Of a stretch of 64,000 bases of DNA, positions 15,128 through 28,075 are shown one piece after another; positions within the stretch are counted from its first letter, which is position 1, and every line of letters starts with the position of its first letter. A program made the position numbers and the translations under genes. The notes under the pieces are model-generated. The model ran no database searches. It saw only the letters and a program-made list of their open reading frames with translations, and was not told the origin of the DNA. This stretch comes from the human T2T-CHM13v2.0 reference genome, Homo sapiens: assembly GCF_009914755.1 (NCBI RefSeq), contig NC_060939.1. One strand, 5' to 3'.

Positions 15128-15237
15128 CCACAACACATGCGTGTATCTTGCTTGGGCTATCTTCCCTGCTCTGCCACGCCGGGTCTGGAGAAGGGGTTTC
15201 AGCCCCAGGACATTTACTGAGAGTCGGCGAATATTGG
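15128..15237 (+). other. ISLR2: ISLR2 internal non-coding 5' UTR exon (110 nt)
   Basis: Pyrimidine tract with ccccacag| acceptor (AG 15126-15127) and TGG|gtaagc donor (GT 15238-15239). Confidence 0.75.
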
Positions 15238-16675
15238 GTAAGCAATGGGGGCCACCCCACAACCTTGACCCAGGTGGGGTTAGGTCCAGCCTAGGGCACC
15301 TGATGGGGTGCGGGGCTGGTGGGGGTGCTGTCTGGCAGGAACCGGGAAGGGAGGGAAGGGACCCTCCCAGAAGAGCAAAGGCAGAGTGAAGGAGCAGGTT
15401 CCCAAAGACAAGTTGTGGGAGGGGCTCTGCCAAACCTGACAGGCGCTCCAAATGGGGGCAGGGAGTCTGTGCAAGTTCGTTTGTGTGACCGGGCTTAAGG
15501 TGTTATGGGGAGGGGGTCCTTAGGCACCGCAGAGCTGTGGAGAAAGGCGCAGAATCTTTCATCTTCTCCAGCTTCATTAGCTAGTGGCAGCCCCATGACC
15601 TGTTGGCTGAGGACGCCTCTGCCCAATGGGAGCCGCCTGAGGGACCTGAGAGGAAGCTCTAGTGACCGCTTTCCCAACACACCTGGTCCAAACATGGGGG
15701 AGAACCTCCTTCCCCGTAAGGAAGGTTGGCAGAGCAGCCCTTCTTCTCCCCTCACAGGAGCTGCAGCCCCGGGCAGGTGACTTTGGCCTTAGATGCAGTA
15801 GGGCATGGGGATGGGCTTCCCCAGATCCCACATCTCAAGTCGTGCAGTGCAGGTCCTCCTATTGCTTCTCTGCTGGGTTTCGGTCACAGTGGAGGGCTGT
15901 ATGCACACACAGGCACATGCCTGTGTTCTTGTGGGTGGGTCGGTTCGTGTGAGGACTTGTGTCCTTGTGTCTGTCAATTGTCACAATGGACAGGAAAGCG
16001 CTTTGTACCGTGGTGGAAAACACGTACAAATGCTGGTTAAGAGAACAATGAGGTCTGCAGGGTCTATTGTGTCCATGTCTGGGTGCATATGTGTTTGTGA
16101 GTTTAGGAAATGTGTTGTGAGCCTCCTAATTGAGCATCAGGTCCTCTAAACCCCTGCAGAAGTTGGCGGTTTGATTATGAAGCCCCGCGTCTGTTTGTAT
16201 TGTTGTGTGCCTGCATGGGCGTGTGTGCGAGTGCTGTGCGTGGGACAAAGGTTCCAGGGAGGACAGCCAGTCACGGACAAAAATGTCCTTCTTGGGTAGG
16301 ATCCATTTCACCAGGTTAAACGAAGGCTTAGAAACACAGAGAGGGGTACGTGAGGAGCCCGCTGGAGATGGGCGAGCTGCGGAGCCCACGGAGGGGCCAG
16401 CTCCAGCGTGAAGGAAGGAGTAGGAAGAGAAAAAAGGGCGATATACCGGGCCGCTGGAAAAGGAAATTAGGGCCCTGGGAGGGAGCATCCGTTGAACCTC
16501 GAGATTTTTATTGACCTTCACTTCAGAGAGGCTCCTGGCCATAGAGGAGGTTACCGGAGCCCTGGAACTAGTGCTAAACGGGCTTGCGGAGGCACAGCTT
16601 GATAGGGGAGGTAAGCTGGGGTTCAGTGAGTCACCTTCTTTCTTCTTCACCTGGCTTCCATCTGCAGGAGCCGCG

Positions 16676-18913
16676 ATGTTCCCCCTTCGGGCCCTGTGGT
16701 TGGTCTGGGCGCTTCTAGGAGTGGCCGGATCATGCCCGGAGCCGTGCGCCTGCGTGGACAAGTACGCTCACCAGTTCGCGGACTGCGCTTACAAAGAGTT
16801 GCGTGAGGTGCCGGAAGGACTGCCTGCCAACGTGACGACGCTTAGTCTGTCCGCGAACAAGATCACTGTGCTGCGGCGCGGGGCCTTCGCCGACGTCACA
16901 CAGGTCACGTCGCTGTGGCTGGCGCACAATGAGGTGCGCACCGTGGAGCCAGGCGCACTGGCCGTGCTGAGTCAGCTCAAGAACCTCGATCTGAGCCACA
17001 ACTTCATATCCAGCTTTCCGTGGAGCGACCTGCGCAACCTGAGCGCGCTGCAGCTGCTCAAAATGAACCACAACCGCCTGGGCTCTCTGCCCCGGGACGC
17101 ACTCGGTGCGCTACCCGACCTGCGTTCCCTGCGCATCAACAACAACCGGCTGCGTACGCTGGCGCCTGGCACCTTCGACGCGCTTAGCGCGCTGTCACAC
17201 TTGCAACTCTATCACAATCCCTTCCACTGCGGCTGCGGCCTTGTGTGGCTGCAGGCCTGGGCCGCGAGCACCCGGGTGTCCTTACCCGAGCCCGACTCCA
17301 TTGCTTGTGCCTCGCCTCCCGCGCTGCAGGGGGTGCCGGTGTACCGCCTGCCCGCCCTGCCCTGTGCACCGCCCAGCGTGCATCTGAGTGCCGAGCCACC
17401 GCTTGAAGCACCCGGCACCCCACTGCGCGCAGGACTGGCGTTCGTGTTACACTGCATCGCCGACGGCCACCCTACGCCTCGCCTGCAATGGCAACTTCAG
17501 ATCCCCGGTGGCACCGTAGTCTTAGAGCCACCGGTTCTGAGCGGGGAGGACGACGGGGTTGGGGCGGAGGAAGGAGAGGGAGAAGGAGATGGGGATTTGC
17601 TGACGCAGACCCAAGCCCAAACGCCGACTCCAGCACCCGCTTGGCCGGCGCCCCCAGCCACACCGCGCTTCCTGGCCCTCGCAAATGGCTCCCTGTTGGT
17701 GCCCCTCCTGAGTGCCAAGGAGGCGGGCGTCTACACTTGCCGTGCACACAATGAGCTGGGCGCCAACTCTACGTCAATACGCGTGGCGGTGGCAGCAACC
17801 GGGCCCCCAAAACACGCGCCTGGCGCCGGGGGAGAACCCGACGGACAGGCCCCGACCTCTGAGCGCAAGTCCACAGCCAAGGGCCGGGGCAACAGCGTCC
17901 TGCCTTCCAAACCCGAGGGCAAAATCAAAGGCCAAGGCCTGGCCAAGGTCAGCATTCTCGGGGAGACCGAGACGGAGCCGGAGGAGGACACAAGTGAGGG
18001 AGAGGAGGCCGAAGACCAGATCCTCGCGGACCCGGCGGAGGAGCAGCGCTGTGGCAACGGGGACCCCTCTCGGTACGTTTCTAACCACGCGTTCAACCAG
18101 AGCGCAGAGCTCAAGCCGCACGTCTTCGAGCTGGGCGTCATCGCGCTGGATGTGGCGGAGCGCGAGGCGCGGGTGCAGCTGACTCCGCTGGCTGCGCGCT
18201 GGGGCCCTGGGCCCGGCGGGGCTGGCGGAGCCCCGCGACCCGGGCGGCGACCCCTGCGCCTACTCTATCTGTGTCCAGCGGGGGGCGGCGCGGCAGTGCA
18301 GTGGTCCCGCGTAGAGGAAGGCGTCAACGCCTACTGGTTCCGCGGCCTGCGGCCGGGTACCAACTACTCCGTGTGCCTGGCGCTGGCGGGCGAAGCCTGC
18401 CACGTGCAAGTGGTGTTTTCCACCAAGAAGGAGCTCCCATCGCTGCTGGTCATAGTGGCAGTGAGCGTATTCCTCCTGGTGCTGGCCACAGTGCCCCTTC
18501 TGGGCGCCGCCTGCTGCCATCTGCTGGCTAAACACCCGGGCAAGCCCTACCGTCTGATCCTGCGGCCTCAGGCCCCTGACCCTATGGAGAAGCGCATCGC
18601 CGCAGACTTCGACCCGCGTGCTTCGTACCTCGAGTCCGAGAAAAGCTACCCGGCAGGCGGCGAGGCGGGCGGCGAGGAGCCAGAGGACGTGCAGGGGGAG
18701 GGCCTTGATGAAGACGCGGAGCAGGGAGACCCAAGTGGGGACCTGCAGAGAGAGGAGAGCCTGGCGGCCTGCTCACTGGTGGAGTCCCAGTCCAAGGCCA
18801 ACCAAGAGGAGTTCGAGGCGGGCTCTGAGTACAGCGATCGGCTGCCCCTGGGCGCCGAGGCGGTCAACATCGCCCAGGAGATTAATGGCAACTACAGGCA
18901 GACGGCAGGCTGA
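16676..18913 (+). CDS. ISLR2: Immunoglobulin superfamily containing leucine-rich repeat 2 (Linx), 745 aa, single coding exon
   Basis: The ORF track starts at a TTG (16511). The first ATG after the acceptor tctgcag|gagccgcg is 16676. Product: signal peptide MFPLRALWLVWALLGVAGS, LRRNT (CPEPCAC), LxxLxLxxN repeats, LRRCT (NPFHCGC..CASP), Ig domain (LHC..W..GVYTCRAHN), FN3-like region (GLRPGTNYSVCL), TM helix (LLVIVAVSVFLLVLATVPLLGAAC) and an acidic tail. Length matches ISLR2 as I recall it. Confidence 0.97.
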   Translation: MFPLRALWLVWALLGVAGSCPEPCACVDKYAHQFADCAYKELREVPEGLPANVTTLSLSANKITVLRRGAFADVTQVTSLWLAHNEVRTVEPGALAVLSQLKNLDLSHNFISSFPWSDLRNLSALQLLKMNHNRLGSLPRDALGALPDLRSLRINNNRLRTLAPGTFDALSALSHLQLYHNPFHCGCGLVWLQAWAASTRVSLPEPDSIACASPPALQGVPVYRLPALPCAPPSVHLSAEPPLEAPGTPLRAGLAFVLHCIADGHPTPRLQWQLQIPGGTVVLEPPVLSGEDDGVGAEEGEGEGDGDLLTQTQAQTPTPAPAWPAPPATPRFLALANGSLLVPLLSAKEAGVYTCRAHNELGANSTSIRVAVAATGPPKHAPGAGGEPDGQAPTSERKSTAKGRGNSVLPSKPEGKIKGQGLAKVSILGETETEPEEDTSEGEEAEDQILADPAEEQRCGNGDPSRYVSNHAFNQSAELKPHVFELGVIALDVAEREARVQLTPLAARWGPGPGGAGGAPRPGRRPLRLLYLCPAGGGAAVQWSRVEEGVNAYWFRGLRPGTNYSVCLALAGEACHVQVVFSTKKELPSLLVIVAVSVFLLVLATVPLLGAACCHLLAKHPGKPYRLILRPQAPDPMEKRIAADFDPRASYLESEKSYPAGGEAGGEEPEDVQGEGLDEDAEQGDPSGDLQREESLAACSLVESQSKANQEEFEAGSEYSDRLPLGAEAVNIAQEINGNYRQTAG

Positions 18914-19129
18914 ACCTCCGCCCGTCCGGCCCGCCCATTCCCGACCTCCACCTAGGGTGCCTGGGAGCAGCAGTCTAGGGCTGGCAGGACTTATGTCCCC
19001 CGTCCCCAACCTTCACCTACTCCTCCCCCTTACTACTCCCCAACCTTGACTACCAGGGACTTCTATTAGGGAGTGGGCCGATTTCACCAGTCCCTGCTAC
19101 CCACGGCTGCCATTCTCCCTGCGGGCTGA

Positions 19130-19723
<594 letters not shown>

Positions 19724-20703
19724 CCTCCTCCCTTTCAATCCCTACTCCCAGAAGCCGGGATTCGTGGCAACCCCTAGTTTTTAGTTCCAAAGCCTCCTGC
19801 CGGCAGGGAACCAAATCCTTCTGTCCTCCCACCCCCACCCCACTTCTGGCCAGTTGGAGTCCAGCCCGGTGCCTGGGGCGCCTTTCAGCTCCGCGCTCAG
19901 ATTTTCCTGTTTTCGTTGTTTTCAAAGACAGCGACATTTCGGGTCTGGTGCTAACACCCCCTTCCCAGCCTCTGGGAAAATCGAGTGTGTGTGTCGGGGG
20001 GTAGGGAGGGAATGCGTTTTCTGTCGTCTCTCTCCTAACTTAAAGCGCCGCAGGACCGCGCGCCCCTTGGCGGCTGAGCCTGTGGACTTGGTCGCGGGCC
20101 AATTTCGTTGTCCGTGTGTTGGGCTTTCCGGAGGTCTGTGCGCCCAACAGCGCCGCTCCCGCGGCTCCACCCGACCCAGACCCTAGCTGGAAAGCGCCGG
20201 AGGCGGAGGAAGCTGACTGTGGCCTCCCGGGCCGCGGCTCTCTGGAGGGCTCGCGCCCTAGTTCGCACAAAGCCTGCTCGTGACTGTGCGACTGTGCGAC
20301 GGGATCCGGATGGAGCCGAGCCCCTCCGTCCTCGCGTCTCGGTCCTCGCGTCGCCCCGCCCCACCCGCCCCTGCTTCGGCGGGAATCGTGTTTGCCCGGC
20401 GTGTAGTCCCTGACAAGCGTGCCCTGTAGGAGAAAAGTCTGTGTCCTGTGAAGTGTGACCGTGTAGTGTAGGGGGGCGGGCGGGGGGGCGGATGGGCGGG
20501 GAGGGAGGGAAGGGGAGGGGCGCGGCGCGGCGACTCGGGGCGGGGTTCTTTTTTCCATTTTGAAAGAAAGCGTCGGGGTTGGGGTGGGGGGAGTTTCAGT
20601 CCTCGGGATCAGCCCTCTCCGCGAAGCGCAGCACAAGCGCGGGCCTGGGACGGAGTAGCCCCCCGGAGCCCGTGCCCTTTTCTAAACGCGTCTGTATGCA
20701 GTC

Positions 20704-20709
20704 AATAAA
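20704..20709 (+). terminator. ISLR2: ISLR2 polyadenylation signal (3' UTR about 18914-20727)
   Basis: AATAAA about 1.8 kb after the stop, followed by GT/T-rich downstream sequence (ggtgactttttgtc). Confidence 0.8.
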
Positions 20710-21860
20710 ACAATCGATTTGAACTGGGCTCGGTGACTTTTTGTCAGGGGACAGAGGGAGGAGGCCTGGGCGATGAAGGAGGAAACCGCGGAAGGAAGGA
20801 GCCCCCCCAGAGCCTCCCGTTGGAATCTTTTGAGTGATTTCCTGTTTGCGTGACCATCCTGTGATTTTTTTGCCAGGTGTTTGCACCCAGCCCTGCTCTT
20901 AGTGTCTCCAACTCCAGGGTGGGGTGACAAAAAACGAGGGCAGGCTGCAAGTGAGTAGGGGGAGGTTGCAGGAAAGGAAGGCGGGTGTCTGCAGACCCTG
21001 AACACAGGGAGTCTGAGTGTGCGTGCAAGTATATTTGCACTCAAGGGTGTGCGGCACCCTCTTTCACTTGAGACTGTCTGTGTAGTGGGGTGTGGCTGTA
21101 TATGGTGTCACACTGCCCAGTTTCTGTGTCTCCACATCAGCCTTTGAGTTCCCTGAGAAGCCGGTGGGAAGAGGATGGGATTCATAGGGACAAGACCGCT
21201 GTGGCTTGCACAAGAGAAGTCACAAATAACACAAAGTACAGAGCGGGCAAATGATGTAAAGCAGGAAAGGGGGAGAACCTGGCCAGGCCGATTGCCCAGA
21301 GCGAGCCGGCACGTTTGGCCTGGGAGCCAAGTGTGTGCGTTGTGTGGGTGGGTGGGGAGCACTCAGTGAATGATGCATGCACAACCGTCAGGGTGTGCCA
21401 AGGGGGTGCACCTGGGGAATCAGGGTTGAAAACACACTGATTTCATAGTCCTAGAAAGGGGCTTTCTTGGGTGAGGAACAGGAGAGACAGGGGGATCAAG
21501 AAAGGAGACTGTGCTCCTGGCCAGCCTAAAACACACGGGTTGGGCTGCTGTGTGTCTCAGCTGAATCCCCCTAAGATGGGAAGAGGCGGGGAAGAGAGAT
21601 GGAAGAGGAAAGCAACAGAAATGGGAAGCAGATAAAGATTCTCTCTCTCCCCTCCCTTCTTCCTGCTTCCAATTTCTTGTCCTCTTTTGCTGTCTCTGTG
21701 GGTCTTCCTAATTGGACCAGTCCAGGCTGGCAACAGGCCCAAGTTCCAATGCTCAGGGTCCTACCCCAGCCTCAGGTCTGTCCTCTGGCATAGGTGGTGG
21801 CTGTGACACTTCTTGGGGCCTGAGCCCAGATTCCCTTCCCAGACCAGCAAAGCTGTTTTC

Positions 21861-22599
21861 TTTCTTTTTTTTTTATTTTTTTATTTTTAAAATAGATCAG
21901 TTTTATTCTGCTAGTTCCATAAAAACAATGTAAACACAAGCGTTCTGTACATCTTCTTGGTGAATTCACATAATGCTTTGTTCCCTGATCCTTTAACCTC
22001 CTCGTCTTCTTCCAGTCATTTTCTGTTTGGACCACTGGCCACAGGAGTGGAGTGGGGTTGGGGCTTAGGAGAGAGCAATGTGGCTTTTTCGTATGACTTG
22101 TTTTATTGCTTGCCCTCTCAGCACACTCCTGTTACTCCTAACACAAAGTCTGAGATTTAAGCCCTTAAACCTGTAGGTTTCACCATCAGCTTTTTCTTTT
22201 TCTTTTCTCTTTTTTTTTTTTTTTTTTTTGCATAGGCATTACTAGGGATGTGAATGGGAGACTGGTATAGAAAGTGGTGAGGAGCCGAAGCCAAGAAATT
22301 GCTTTAAACACAAGATGAAAACGCTCTGTTCTGTACACAAAGAATCACCTAATACTGGTGTGAGGCATCTCACTTAGCTGTGGAGAAGTCCTTGGAATTA
22401 GATCTCAGAAAGACAGTTCCAGCTTTAAGACAGTAAAACCTTTAGGCAATGGGCTAATTGCCTTAAAGGAAAGAAGAGTTCTACTTGAAAGAGCTTGCAG
22501 GTGAGAAATTGTCCTACAAAGATTCTTAGAAATGTTAGCGGAGATAACTGACATGGGTAGCTGTGGGCCAACCAAGAACTGTCAACAGCCCGATCTCAT
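21861..22599 (-). pseudogene. 5'-truncated processed retrocopy of an mRNA 3' UTR (parent gene not identified)
   Basis: Perfect 15-bp TSD agcaaagctgttttc at 21846-21860 and 22600-22614. Degenerate poly(A) tail (T-rich 21861-21888), AATAAA 13 nt from the tail (21902-21907), and an L1-endonuclease-like TTTC/AA site. Confidence 0.8.
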
Positions 22600-23781
22600 A
22601 GCAAAGCTGTTTTCAAGAAAAATTCCCTTCTGAGGGCCACAGCCTGAGCCCTGCTCCTGGTCACAGCCCAACACTGCAGTCCACCCCACTGCCTGGGACA
22701 CAACTCAAGAATATTATCTCTTAGGAAGACACCTGTTTTGTTCTACCTGCAAATCCTACCGCTGAGCACGGGGCAAGGACTGGCCCAATTCCTAGGGCCT
22801 GTTTAGGAATCCAGCCACGTGATTGCTTCTGGGAACAGGCCTGGCTGGGCCAGTGAGTGCTCAGCAGTTTTGGTGCAACTCAATCATCTGGTCATGGGTC
22901 TCTTGTGGGAAGACAGGCCCCTTCCTTTCCCTCCCTGTCCTAAGAATTGGGGGCCCTCCTCGAGACCCTCTAGGATCCTGAGTGCCACTAGGGCAGGTGG
23001 AGAGGAGGTGAAAGCTCTGCCCCTCTTTGTCCAGGGCCACGTATCCTAATGGATGAGCAAATACTACTCAGCTAGACCTTGTGCCTTCTGGGCTTGGCCA
23101 GGCCCAAAGGCTCCAACCACAGGTAGGAATGAATACGTGTTGGAGGCCAAGGACCAGGGTGCTGGGACACTCTGCCAACTGCCCACTGAAATCCCAGCCC
23201 TCTCAGGAAAACTCTAGTTTCTGTCCAAATGTTTGGCCAATGCACAGAATGGTCCCCAGCCTCTGGCCTTCCTTCCTACCTCTTTTTAAATGTAATTAAT
23301 TTAACTTATTTAATTACATTAAAATAAAATGTCTTCCTTTCATTTCCTCTCCCTCATTCCTCTCTGTTCTTTTTTGAATTGTTCCAGTTCAACTACCAAT
23401 TTGAGGTTGAATTCATTTTCACAGTGTCCCCATCAGGTGGTTGTAAAACTCTGGCTTATACTTATCCAGAGATGGGGAGCTCACATTCCACTCCCCGCTT
23501 CCAGGGAATCAGTTGTTTAGCAGTTTAAAATGTGTCTCTGCCTGGGTTCCACCCCTCAGGCCTGACTGCCACTGGCAAGTTCTCTGGGAGAACCTACCAG
23601 GTGTGGAGGTGTAATCTTCACCTCTGACCCTCTCTCCCTGGCTCCAAGGCTTTCCATTCAATGCAACTTTTTTGAGCCTTTCCTGTATGCTTCATGTGCT
23701 GTGCTAGCTTCAATCTCTCCAGTGTGTCTTGCTGTAAAACTTATTTGGATACTACATGGGAATGGAGTCTAACGGCTTGAG

Positions 23782-23783
<2 letters not shown>

Positions 23784-23829
<46 letters not shown>
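23784..23829. repeat. (GT)n microsatellite, about 23 units
   Basis: Perfect dinucleotide run. Confidence 0.97.
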
Positions 23830-23830
<1 letters not shown>

Positions 23831-25469
23831 TTGAGAGACCTGGAAAATGGTCGGAGAATGCAATATGACAGCAGTAGCCTCAGAACTCAGAGCAATTTAT
23901 CAGGAGCAGTAATTCTCTGAGTTACAGAAACCAGATGGCCAGGATGTGGCCTTGAATCAGATCAGAAACCTGTCTAAAGAAAGGTTATTTGAAAGGAGTG
24001 CCTCCTCCCCCTAAATGTTTCCTAAAGATCAGCTGAAATGAGAACCATCTTGAAGATCATTAAAGTCCATTAATATAAAAGAACAAAGGAAGGCAGGGCT
24101 TCTTTGAGAAAGAAGCAGCTGGGGTAGGGTCCTCTGGTCCCAGATCTTGTGTCTGGAATGCAGCCCTCCACCCATGACATCAAAATAACAACCACAACTA
24201 AAGCTAACATCTCCAAAGATTCGTTGTCAGTACATATATGGCCTGTGACTTCCTGGTAGACATCTCAGTTTTTCCTCCTTGATCTCAGGGAAATGCATTT
24301 TGGTAGGTAGAGGGAAAGGAGTGGCATCTTGCTATGACTACCCTGCCCCACATTTGTTAACAGAGCCCCAGTTATGAGACATTCCATAGGGAAAAAGGGA
24401 CCTGCTCTCTGCACAACAGGAGGTGTCGCCTGCAAAGAAAGGACCATGACTATGTAAGCACAGAGCAAGGGAAACTGGGGGATCTCCTTTCTCTGCAGAA
24501 ATCCAAGCCTGTATTCTGCAGAAAGCCAAGCCCTAGTACCAGGACATAAGAAAGGCCCCTTGTTGAGGCTATAAATTGCCAAGTCTGACCTAACAAATAC
24601 CTTTACCTTATACATTTCCAACATAAAGGTATAGATAAGAGAAATCCTGCTGGGCAGTTCGGAGGAAGCAAGTGGAGCCATTTCAGTTGTAATGTGTCAA
24701 TTCATTGATTACATTTGAAATGTAGCCACCCACACCTATCTGTTCAATGATAAGATTTTGCCTTAGGACTCAATAGAGAATAACATTATATTGAAAATGA
24801 AAGATCTGCTGTGACTGGCATATAGAAGAGATTAAATTTTAAAATGTTTTGCAATATTCGCATTTTGTTCAAAATATGACCAGTGTTCCTAATGAGACTT
24901 GATATGGATTTTTTAAAAAGCCATCCAAAGGCCCCATGATGGGCACAAAAACAAAACCAACTTGTTGGGTTAAATTAGTTGGAAAGACTTTGTATCATTC
25001 CATTGTTGAATAAGTAATTTATGGGATTTAAAGACAGGACGATTTTGAAAATTGTGCTAATTGTGTGTGCTTTGTTTGAACATGTGAATGTAAGTTTAAT
25101 AATTAAGTTTAAGTCCACATAGAACAAGGAGAGAAAAAGTGTTTGTATTTTTATCAACTGTTTACTGCTTACATGTATTCCCTTGTGTATTAGGAGTTAA
25201 TTTGGTTTTGGCAAATTAAATGCATTTTCTCCCAGCAACATTCTCAAACTGTTTCTTAAATTGAATCTAAAAGCCATTCAAGGCATCCAGCCATTTGAGA
25301 GAAAAATTTCTATGATTATATAAATTACCGAGGAACTTCGTAAGAATTGATCATTGTCGAAATGGGGAGAGAATAGGAATGGAGAATTAATTATCAAATG
25401 CGTCTTAATAATAGAGGCTTGTCACACATCTAGACTAAGAATGCTAATAGTCACCACCTAATATTAGTA

Positions 25470-25735
25470 TAAATACTAATAATACCAATAGTGGCTAACA
25501 TTTATTGAACTCTTACTATATTTCAGGCACATACTATGGATCTTACAAGCATTATTTTGTCATTCCTTATAGTGATCCTGTGAGGTAATATTATTATTCT
25601 AATTTACAGGCAAAGAAACCAAAGAGCACAGAGGGTTAGTAGTTTGTTGAAGATCACACAGCTGGCAATTTGCAGGGTTGAAGTTTGTCCTTTTGTTATC
25701 TGACTCCAATGCCAGAGATCTTAGTCACCAAGCCA
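25470..25735 (-). mobile_element. MIR
   Basis: aacatttattgaac...cctgtgaggta...tttacaggcaaagaaacc...gatcacacagct. Confidence 0.7.
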
Positions 25736-25891
25736 AACCTCCTCCTGAAGCCTCTACAAACCAGTGAAGTATAGAATAACATATTTTCTATATGGTTAAA
25801 TTTGCGGCTAATTACAGAGTTTGTCTAGAAAAAGGATTTCTCTTGCTGTTTCTCTTATTTCTCAAAATAGCATTTTTTTTTTTCCTGATTA

Positions 25892-26296
<405 letters not shown>

Positions 26297-26299
26297 CTA

Positions 26300-27225
<926 letters not shown>

Positions 27226-27306
27226 CTTATTATACCTCAATTTTTAAAAATGGAAAAATAACCCTTGGAAATCAGGCACCAAAGTAATACGTGCTCCTTA
27301 TTGAAT

Positions 27307-27510
27307 AGCACTGTCCGATACTAGCCACTAGCCACATGTGGTTATTTACATTTTAATTTTAATTAAGGTGAAATAAATTTTAAAACTTGTTCCTCAATCC
27401 CACTAGCCACATTTTAAGTACTAGGCACATTGCTAACAGCAATTGTTTATTTGGACAGCAGAGCTATAGAAAATTTCCATCCTAATGGAAAGTTCTATTG
27501 CTAGTGTTGT
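27307..27510. mobile_element. MER33/MER3-type hAT-Charlie MITE
   Basis: actagccactagccacatgtgg...ttggacagca...ttccatc...gaaagttctattg motifs. Confidence 0.65.
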
Positions 27511-27775
27511 TATAGGAAATTGAAAAATATAGAAGTGTATTAAAAAAACAATTTATTATTTATAATTCCCTCATCCAAAAAATAATGTATTAACATTTTA
27601 TGTTAACTTCTAATTTCTTTCTAAAATAAATTTTATTAAATTACAAGAGTAACATATGAATGCATTCTTGTCCTAAGATAATTAAATATTGATAAACTGA
27701 AACTCTCTTTGACCATTGCCTGCAATCCTAGAGCTCTCCCCAGTGGTAACCACTCTTACTAGCGTACTATGTACC

Positions 27776-28075
27776 TTTTTATTTTTTTTGAGATGGAATT
27801 TCGCTCTCTCGCCCAGGCTGGAGTGCAATGGCGCTATCTTGGCCCACTGCAATCTCTGCCTCCTGGGTTCAAGCAATCCTCCTGCCTCAGCCTCCTGAGT
27901 AGCTGGGATTACAGGCATGTGCCACCAAGCCCAGCTAATTTTTTTGTATTTTTAGTAGAGACGGATTTTCTCCATGTTGATCAGCTGGTCTCGAACTCCC
28001 AACCTCAGATGATGCGCTCGCCTCGGCCTCCCAAAGTGCTGGGGTTACAGATGTGAGCCACCACGCCCTGCCTGG
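27776..28075 (-). mobile_element. AluS
   Basis: Antisense Alu. Confidence 0.9.

Noticed and set aside
16511-16675. 55-codon N-terminal extension of the 800-aa ORF
   Set aside because: It starts at TTG and lies upstream of a clear splice acceptor (16667), so it is intronic. The signal peptide begins at ATG 16676.
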